Source: a virus
Lineage: Duplodnaviria; Heunggongvirae; Uroviricota; Caudoviricetes
DNA length: 6,463 nucleotides
Reading direction: 5' to 3' (one strand)
Virus record (IMG/VR): IMGVR_UViG_2740892046_000005
The position numbers were made by a program, and so were the translations under genes. The notes under the pieces are model-generated. The model saw only the letters and a list, made by a program, of their open reading frames with translations. It was not told the DNA's origin and ran no database searches. The first letter of the stretch is position 1; each line of letters starts with the position of its first letter. Below, piece by piece: positions 1 through 4,812 of the stretch.

Positions 1-197
1 TGAAGACTGGGTGATGAGTCATGTTCGCTGCTTCCAGTGGTTGGGTGGCGTTCCTGAACTTGTTGTTCCGGACATGATCAGACATGAGATAAATGAAGGG
101 GGATCCGTGAGATAAATAACGAATTGGAGTGGGTTAACATGGGTTCTGGTGAACAGAACTGAAATTCTTTTCCGCTATACGATAGATAAGTCGGGCA

Positions 198-227
198 TTG
201 AAATCATCCTTCCTGGCAACTTAGAAT
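198..227 (+). promoter_or_regulatory. Candidate sigma70 promoter: TTGAAA (198-203), 18-bp spacer, TAGAAT (222-227)
   Basis: Both hexamers are 5/6 matches to consensus with acceptable spacing, in an AT-rich (~43% GC) stretch about 45 bp upstream of the 271 ATG. Motif match only; no experimental support. Confidence 0.3.
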
Positions 228-270
228 CGAGTTTGCTGAAACATGACCCGTAACAAAAAGGATGATTCCA

Positions 271-432
271 ATGACTACTCAAAACAATAAGCATGACAGC
301 CTGGATTACTCAGAAAAGCCCAAAAGCAAGCACATTGTGACGTTCGAGCGCGATTCCGGTAGAAAAGGAGAATCGTCTTCCTCTGCCAATAAAACCACTA
401 TGCCGGCAGCTCCTGCTCCAGGGAAAAAATAA
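271..432 (+). CDS. Hypothetical small hydrophilic protein (53 aa), convergent with the membrane protein gene
   Basis: ATG at 271 preceded by AAGGA at 9-nt spacing; TAA stop at 430-432; translation MTTQNNKHDSLDYSEKPKSKHIVTFERDSGRKGESSSSANKTTMPAAPAPGKK. Below the length cutoff of the supplied ORF track. Short, low-complexity and with no recognised homology, so it may be spurious. Confidence 0.3.
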   Translation: MTTQNNKHDSLDYSEKPKSKHIVTFERDSGRKGESSSSANKTTMPAAPAPGKK

Positions 433-435
433 ACA

Positions 436-1068
436 TCATTCATCGTTCGTTGCACGAACGCGCCTGATCTCCACTCTGGCAATCTGATCTGCTGGAATAT
501 AGGTTGCCAGAGCTCCCCAGTACTTATCAACCACGCCTTTATACTCTTCCCATTCGTTACTTCCTGAAGGGCTGCTGTGCGTGACGTAAAGAACCATATC
601 GCCTTTATTTCCCAGGGTAAACGGACCGTTAGGCCACTCTTCAAAGTTCCCTGGCAGCCGTGACATCATACCGGAACCATCGCGAAGAATCACTCTGACC
701 TCGGTGACGCTGAAGCCTGTTTGATCAAACATTGCCTGCCATGCTGAGCTGGTATTGTCAGACCATGAAATATCATTATTCCACAGTAATCTGTACATCC
801 ATTTGCGACCGTACCTGCGCCACCACGCACCGCATGTAACGGCACACAGAAGTGCTGGGGGGGTTGCCAGCCAGGCATTCAGACCTGCCCACATAACAGC
901 CTGGTAAGCCATCATTGCTGTCAGGCCAAAAATCAGCGAAGAAAAAGTCACCTCAATGGGTTTGTGGTGATCCTTCAGCCCCACATTCGCAATAAAATAC
1001 CCAATATAGCCACTGGTCAGGGTCACCAGTGTTGCCCATGGCAGATTTAATAACGAAACGTCAAACAT
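436..1068 (-). CDS. Hypothetical membrane protein, 211 aa: three predicted N-terminal transmembrane helices plus a ~110-aa soluble C-terminal domain
   Basis: Track ORF 436..1146 begins at a TTG; the internal ATG at 1068 has a GGGAGA Shine-Dalgarno 5 nt upstream, so MFDVSLLNLPWATLV... is the preferred start. Hydrophobic segments LPWATLVTLTSGYIGYFIANVGL, IEVTFSSLIFGLTAMMAYQAVMWAGL and LATPPALLCAVTCGAWW. GC is lower (~48%) than the early operon (~55-57%). No family recognised. Confidence 0.75.
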   Translation of the reverse strand: MFDVSLLNLPWATLVTLTSGYIGYFIANVGLKDHHKPIEVTFSSLIFGLTAMMAYQAVMWAGLNAWLATPPALLCAVTCGAWWRRYGRKWMYRLLWNNDISWSDNTSSAWQAMFDQTGFSVTEVRVILRDGSGMMSRLPGNFEEWPNGPFTLGNKGDMVLYVTHSSPSGSNEWEEYKGVVDKYWGALATYIPADQIARVEIRRVRATNDE

Positions 1069-1082
1069 ATTTTCTCCCTGCA

Positions 1083-1137
1083 TCCTGAATATTACATAGA
1101 GAGCATAAAAAAAGCACGGTAAAGGGTCTACCGTGCT
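1083..1137 (-). promoter_or_regulatory. Candidate activator-dependent (Mu Pm-like) promoter: 9-bp dyad centred near 1125, T-tract, -10-like TAATAT (1094..1089), no clear -35
   Basis: On the minus strand the -10-like hexamer starts about 31 nt downstream of the dyad centre and about 20 nt upstream of the 1068 ATG. This matches my recollection of the Mu middle promoter, where Mor binds a dyad centred near -43.5 and there is no -35 hexamer. Inference only. Confidence 0.3.
1106..1137 (-). terminator. Rho-independent terminator downstream of mor (stem AGCACGGTA / TACCGTGCT, 7-nt loop, then TTTTTTAT)
   Basis: Perfect 9-bp inverted repeat at 1113-1121 and 1129-1137. On the minus strand it is followed directly by six T residues then AT. 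It lies 45 nt after the mor stop codon. Confidence 0.6.
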
Positions 1138-1182
1138 CTTATACAATAAGGAGATTTTTGAAAGGACTTTAACAAGCAGGAA

Positions 1183-1581
1183 TTATCTGGATTTGTTAAC
1201 GTCTTTCGTCTCCTCTGGCAGATCTTCATCAAACAACCTGCCCTGCATCCGATCCAGTTCTTCTTTTCTGACCCGCTTAACCACGCTGTAGACCCACTGA
1301 AGCGAAACACCAAACTTGCGGGCCAGTTCGTGGTGGTTGCGTCCGTTAAACTCCCTGAAGATTTCCCGGTCGCGCTGACTGACCTTCCATACCATGCCCA
1401 TCGGGAAATAAACGTTTTGCCCGCCCCAGACCTGCATCATTCGGTTCGCGACGGCCTGACCAATCTGGTCGGCAATTGCGGGCTCAATATCAATAATCTC
1501 GCGAACGGTCTCAGAGGTATGCTGTGCCAGCTCCACCAGGAGTTCCGGCCCTTTACTTCGAAACTGATTCAGGTCGCTCAT
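1183..1581 (-). CDS. mor: Mor/C-family transcriptional activator (Mu middle operon regulator-like), 132 aa
   Basis: ATG at 1581 with GGGAG 7 nt upstream. C-terminal region GGQNVYFP...EFNGRNHHELARKFGVSLQWVYSVVKRVR matches the Mu Mor pattern as I remember it (GGGQVYIP...DFNGRNVSELTTRYGVTFNTVYKAIRRMR). Sits directly after the gemA-like gene as in Mu. Confidence 0.85.
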   Translation of the reverse strand: MSDLNQFRSKGPELLVELAQHTSETVREIIDIEPAIADQIGQAVANRMMQVWGGQNVYFPMGMVWKVSQRDREIFREFNGRNHHELARKFGVSLQWVYSVVKRVRKEELDRMQGRLFDEDLPEETKDVNKSR

Positions 1582-2005
1582 GTTTGACTCCCGCAGCTCT
1601 GCGCTGCCACTTCTTCAGTTTCTCAATAACACTGCTTGCCTGTTCAGTACTGAGCCAGCGCAGGGCGCTGATGCCCGTTTCCCGCTTGATCCACCGCGCT
1701 AATGCATTTTCTGAACGGTCACGAACAATGCCGGCAGCAGCCATTTCAAGCCATAGCGCACGGATTTTCCTGGACTGCGGATGGTTATCCAGCGGTAAAC
1801 CGGAGCTGGCTTTTCCGGCAGGCTTAACGCGAAAGCCTTTCCTTTTCATGGATTCCAGCACGCAGTTTAGTTGTGTGGTATCCATTCCTTTGGTTGAGGC
1901 TTTACCGGTCAGCCCCTGTAACATCTGGCGGTAGGTGTCTTCATCCATACCCAGTTCATTACGGGCAATATGAATGAGCTGGATAAGACGTTGTTTAGTC
2001 ATCAT
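1553..2005 (-). CDS. gemA: GemA/gp16-like protein (DUF1018 family), 150 aa
   Basis: Preferred start is the ATGATG at 2005..2000 with AGGAG 5 nt upstream; the track's upstream ATG at 2044 lacks a Shine-Dalgarno. N-terminal LIQLIHIARNELGMDEDTYRQMLQGLTGK matches the conserved GemA N-terminal signature as I recall it. Overlaps the mor start by 29 nt. Confidence 0.75.
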   Translation of the reverse strand: MMTKQRLIQLIHIARNELGMDEDTYRQMLQGLTGKASTKGMDTTQLNCVLESMKRKGFRVKPAGKASSGLPLDNHPQSRKIRALWLEMAAAGIVRDRSENALARWIKRETGISALRWLSTEQASSVIEKLKKWQRRAAGVKHERPESVSK

Positions 2006-2210
2006 CGTTGCTCCTTTTACCTGCGCCACCGATATAATCGACATATAAAGGAAGCGCCACAGGCCAGCACAGGAACATCACCGACCAGCTAATCCAGTAG
2101 CCAGCACCACTGTAACGTGAATAAAACCCTGAACGGCGGTGCAGTTCAGCAGTACACCAACCGACAAAACAATACCAGAACAGGGCACATACAACAGATT
2201 CAGCCGTCAT
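1995..2210 (-). CDS. Hypothetical small membrane protein, 71 aa, two predicted transmembrane helices
   Basis: ATG at 2210 with a G-rich stretch upstream; translation MTAESVVCALFWYCFVGWCTAELHRRSGFYSRYSGAGYWISWSVMFLCWPVALPLYVDYIGGAGKRSNDDD. Its TAA stop overlaps the gemA ATGATG start and its own start overlaps the upstream 76-aa ORF stop. The track's 123-aa version starts at a TTG inside the upstream gene. Confidence 0.4.
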   Translation of the reverse strand: MTAESVVCALFWYCFVGWCTAELHRRSGFYSRYSGAGYWISWSVMFLCWPVALPLYVDYIGGAGKRSNDDD

Positions 2211-2430
2211 TCTGAATATCCCCCCAACTGATATGAATATTACGGGCAGCAATGACAGGGTCGTTATTCCACCATGCACCTGACATGTATTTTTCAACCT
2301 GTTCGCGTCCGGCAATAACACCAATTGTGATCCCCGGCCTGACGTTCTTAAAAAAGGCGCGGGCAAAAAGGTATCTGGCAGATATTCGGCAGGCTTTTAA
2401 TTTCCGGCTTTTACCTGATAGCGTAATCAT
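2200..2430 (-). CDS. Hypothetical basic protein, 76 aa
   Basis: ATG at 2430 overlaps the upstream stop as ATGA; GGAGG lies 4 nt upstream. No recognised homology. Confidence 0.5.
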   Translation of the reverse strand: MITLSGKSRKLKACRISARYLFARAFFKNVRPGITIGVIAGREQVEKYMSGAWWNNDPVIAARNIHISWGDIQNDG

Positions 2431-3110
2431 CTGGCCTCCAGTTTCTGTTGTTCCTGCCCACTGACCGGGCGGTGCAGTCTGACGTTCTGCCCTTCAAGAA
2501 ACCCCGCATAGCGCGAGGCGTCGCCATTGCGGCTTCTTCCCGGTTTACGCGCCCTGGTGGTTTGCGTCTGCGGGTATTTATGTTCCAGCCACTGCTGCAT
2601 CAGTTCACGTTCGTCATCGGTCAGGGCGAAGGACTGTATTTCACTGATAACGGCCAGCACCCAGCCTTCAGCAAACTGGTCACCACGGCTGGTACGGGTG
2701 GCAGTTTTTATTCTTTTGTTCTGTGCGCTGATATATTGCTGACGCGCCTTTTTCAGCTGGCGGGCCAGCACTTCCCAGGTGTACGCAGCCAGTGCAGCCC
2801 GTTCCCGGTTGCCGTAGAACCCCACACCCGGATATGTGCCGGGGTGAATGATGGAGTTAACACCAAATGCCTCGCGGATGATGTTCATCAGGCCCAGCAT
2901 GTAGCGCGGTGGACGGAGGCTGCCTGTCGGCCAGTAGTGACTGATGGTTTCATCAATATCACTCATGGCGATGTCGGAATGTGTGATGCCGTGAACATCC
3001 ATCAGTTTACGGGCACGGCGCAGTGCCAGAGCGGCCTCGTGAGGGTTGCCGGATGCGGCCAGCGCCAGCAACTTTTTCAGTTTCTCAATGTGTTTATCCT
3101 GGTCTGTCAT
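2427..3110 (-). CDS. DUF2786-like phage protein, 227 aa
   Basis: ATG at 3110 overlaps the MazG-like stop as ATGA; GGAG upstream. N-terminal IEKLKKLLALAASGNPHEAALALRRARKLMDVHGI resembles the DUF2786 signature recalled from phage and plasmid proteins. Function unknown. Confidence 0.75.
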   Translation of the reverse strand: MTDQDKHIEKLKKLLALAASGNPHEAALALRRARKLMDVHGITHSDIAMSDIDETISHYWPTGSLRPPRYMLGLMNIIREAFGVNSIIHPGTYPGVGFYGNRERAALAAYTWEVLARQLKKARQQYISAQNKRIKTATRTSRGDQFAEGWVLAVISEIQSFALTDDERELMQQWLEHKYPQTQTTRARKPGRSRNGDASRYAGFLEGQNVRLHRPVSGQEQQKLEAR

Positions 3111-3412
3111 TGTTCAGTATCTCCGGTGTACATGACGCCCAGCCGTGCGGCAAGGCGTTCCAGTTTTTTCTGTTTGTGGAAGTCAATCAGCCGGTCCATT
3201 CCCTGAAGGCGCAGCTGCTCTGTCATGATTTCCACGTCTGCCAGCTCTGCCGCGAGGTCACTTTCGCTGCCCTGTCCGTTCAGGTTGCGGGCGGCACTGG
3301 CCGCCAGTTCAGCGGCCTCTTCTGTCAGTTTCAGGGCCTGTGCGTCCGGCCCGAAACGCTGCAGGGCCAGACGGTAGAGGGCGGTGCGGGTGAGTTCGGT
3401 GTTCCGTGTCAT
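3107..3412 (-). CDS. MazG-like all-alpha nucleoside triphosphate pyrophosphohydrolase, 101 aa (putative)
   Basis: ATG at 3412. Contains the paired acidic motifs EEAAE and ELAD separated by about 19 residues, as in the MazG/HisE family EExxE...ExxD signature, and is the size of small phage MazG-like proteins. Motif-level call only. Confidence 0.7.
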   Translation of the reverse strand: MTRNTELTRTALYRLALQRFGPDAQALKLTEEAAELAASAARNLNGQGSESDLAAELADVEIMTEQLRLQGMDRLIDFHKQKKLERLAARLGVMYTGDTEQ

Positions 3413-3421
3413 GCCGCGCCC

Positions 3422-3694
3422 TCAGTGTTTCCGGTCGACGGTGATGTGCAGGCCGCCTTCTGCAGTGGTTTCCATCCGGTACGGCACCTCATGCTCTGCC
3501 GTGTGGGTGAGTGTGTTCATCAGTACCTGCAGGGCAGCCTCCTTTCCGTTGGTCGCCACAATGGCCTGTGTGGCCATGCTGATTAGCGCCGTCAGGACGT
3601 GCTTCACATCGGTGAGGTCGCGGCATTCACACTCGTTGACATAGTGTTCAACAAGGGTTCGGGTGCGCTGTCGTGCTTCCTGTGGGGTAATCAT
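3422..3694 (-). CDS. Hypothetical protein, 90 aa
   Basis: ATG at 3694 overlaps the zinc-ribbon gene stop as ATGA; GGAGG 7 nt upstream. No recognised homology. Confidence 0.65.
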   Translation of the reverse strand: MITPQEARQRTRTLVEHYVNECECRDLTDVKHVLTALISMATQAIVATNGKEAALQVLMNTLTHTAEHEVPYRMETTAEGGLHITVDRKH

Positions 3695-3885
3695 TGCGCG
3701 TCCTCCCTGTCAGGGCGGGAGAATTCCATGACGGGCACGTCCGCCGAAAAATGCTGGCTGCAGTACGGGCAGACCAGGGTGACACGTACTGCAGGTATGT
3801 GATACTTACCGGACATCACGGCGATGGCGCTGTGAAAACGCAGGGCTGTTATATCCCTCTCGCACTGAATACATTTAAATATCAT
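3691..3885 (-). CDS. Small zinc-ribbon protein (CxxC...CxxC), 64 aa
   Basis: ATG at 3885 with GAGGAG 9 nt upstream. Cys pairs at residues 5/8 (CIQC) and 39/42 (CPYC). First gene after the only sizeable intergenic gap in the operon. Confidence 0.65.
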   Translation of the reverse strand: MIFKCIQCERDITALRFHSAIAVMSGKYHIPAVRVTLVCPYCSQHFSADVPVMEFSRPDREDAQ

Positions 3886-3905
3886 AATTTAATTCTCCTC
3901 TGTTT

Positions 3906-3938
3906 CCGGCGTGCAGAAGCCCACGGCGCTGACGCCGG
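3906..3938. other. GC-rich inverted repeat (CCGGCGT ... ACGCCGG, 19-nt spacer) beside a ~45-bp AT-rich tract (3939-3982), between gam and the zinc-ribbon gene
   Basis: 7-bp arms seen directly. No U-tract follows on either strand, so it is not a classical terminator. Possible internal regulatory or RNA-processing element. Confidence 0.25.
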
Positions 3939-3982
3939 AATAAAAAAGAAAATGTTTTTATTAAATAATTAACGTGGTGTGT

Positions 3983-4513
3983 TTACTGCACATCCTGCTC
4001 AAAAGGAATTATTGAAAAATCCTCAATGTCGCTTTTAATGGAAATACCGGGAATATTTTTCACGGCCTCTTTTTCATTCAGAATGGCATCTTTATTTATT
4101 TCCTCCTTTACACGAATAAAGCGCTCAAGCCCCAGACGTCTCAGCAGTTCAATGACATTATCCGCCCCGCGAATGCTGACTGACGGCGGACGGTTTCGCC
4201 ACTGCACCTCGCCGGTGGTGAGGTTAGCGAACTTCACCTTCCCGTTGCCGGTCAGTTCATCACGGTGCGCCTCACACCATGTCTGGATACCGGACTGCAG
4301 TTCGGCCATGCGTTTTTTCAGGCTCTCGGTGAGCGGGGCATAACGTGCAGTGATGTCGCCAATGGTGTCATTCATTTCTGTTTCAGCCCTGACCAGTTCA
4401 CGTTGCGCGTCACCAAGCAGTCTGATTCCCTCAATGACCTCTTCGCGTGTCCCCGGCACCCAGAGTGCTGCTGCGGCTTTGATACGTTTTGCCCCTTTTG
4501 TACTTTTTGCCAT
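3983..4513 (-). CDS. gam: Gam-like host-nuclease inhibitor / DNA end-binding protein (Mu Gam family), 176 aa
   Basis: ATG at 4513 with AGGAGG 9 nt upstream. Extended similarity to Mu Gam as I recall it, for example ETEMND, WCEA(H/N)RDELT, GKVK(F/T)ANL, PPSVSIRG, LGL(E/Q)RFIR, EINK(D/E)AIL and the C-terminal IEDFSIIPFEQ. Confidence 0.9.
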   Translation of the reverse strand: MAKSTKGAKRIKAAAALWVPGTREEVIEGIRLLGDAQRELVRAETEMNDTIGDITARYAPLTESLKKRMAELQSGIQTWCEAHRDELTGNGKVKFANLTTGEVQWRNRPPSVSIRGADNVIELLRRLGLERFIRVKEEINKDAILNEKEAVKNIPGISIKSDIEDFSIIPFEQDVQ

Positions 4514-4540
4514 ATTTTATGACTCCTCCTGTTGTGCTGA

Positions 4541-4810
4541 TTACCACAAAGATTCCGGCCACACGACGCGACAGCCGTGCAGTTCGAAAACGCCCTGACG
4601 GAAATATCCCCTGTGGTCATGTCCGGTATACAGATAACAGGCCTTTCCCTGCTCAAGCATGCGCATGCAATGCGCACTCCGGGAAACGCGGATGACAGGT
4701 TTGTTACCCCTGATGGTGATGCTTTGTACATCCGTGTTCGTCGCCTTAAGCGCCATAATGGCTGACTGCACTTTGCTGATTTGCTGGTTGATACCTGTGG
4801 TGGATTTCAT
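4541..4810 (-). CDS. Hypothetical Cys/His-containing protein, 89 aa, immediately downstream of B (position of kil in Mu)
   Basis: ATG at 4810 lies 2 nt after the B-like TAA stop, suggesting translational coupling, with a weak GGGG Shine-Dalgarno. No recognised homology; the kil analogy is by position only. Confidence 0.55.
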   Translation of the reverse strand: MKSTTGINQQISKVQSAIMALKATNTDVQSITIRGNKPVIRVSRSAHCMRMLEQGKACYLYTGHDHRGYFRQGVFELHGCRVVWPESLW

Positions 4811-4812
4811 TA

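Noticed and set aside
1-300. Possible Mu-type end or att repeats, or a tRNA integration site, in the AT-rich left segment
   Set aside because: No repeated Mu-end-like binding motifs or tRNA-like structure could be seen by eye. The orientation of the A and B genes places the phage left end beyond the other window edge.
444-460. Stem-loop CGTTCGT-TGC-ACGAACG as a bidirectional terminator between convergent genes
   Set aside because: It lies inside the last codons of the membrane protein gene and has no U-tract on either strand. Kept only as a possible RNA structure (see the convergent-unit finding).
306-644. 112-aa minus-strand ORF overlapping the 3' part of the membrane protein gene in another frame
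   Set aside because: Alternative frame of a better-supported gene, with no ribosome-binding site and no independent support.
436-1146. Longer N-terminal extensions of the membrane protein (start 1146), GemA-like (start 2044) and B-like (start 6018) genes
   Set aside because: The extended starts are non-ATG or lack a Shine-Dalgarno, whereas the internal ATGs at 1068, 2005 and 5979 each have a strong one. The 1146 extension would also run through the terminator hairpin.
1995-2366. 123-aa version of the small membrane ORF
   Set aside because: Its start is a TTG inside the upstream 76-aa gene with no Shine-Dalgarno. Two coupled short ORFs (2200..2430 and 1995..2210) fit the signals better.
2448-3206. 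Plus-strand ORFs of 187-252 aa (2448..3206, 3023..3586, 4936..5688) and shorter plus-strand ORFs across 1330..6110
   Set aside because: All are antisense to minus-strand genes that have recognisable family features (Gam, B, Mor, GemA, MazG-like, DUF2786) and form an uninterrupted coupled operon. They lack convincing Shine-Dalgarno sequences and have Cys/Arg-rich translations typical of antisense frames in GC-rich DNA.
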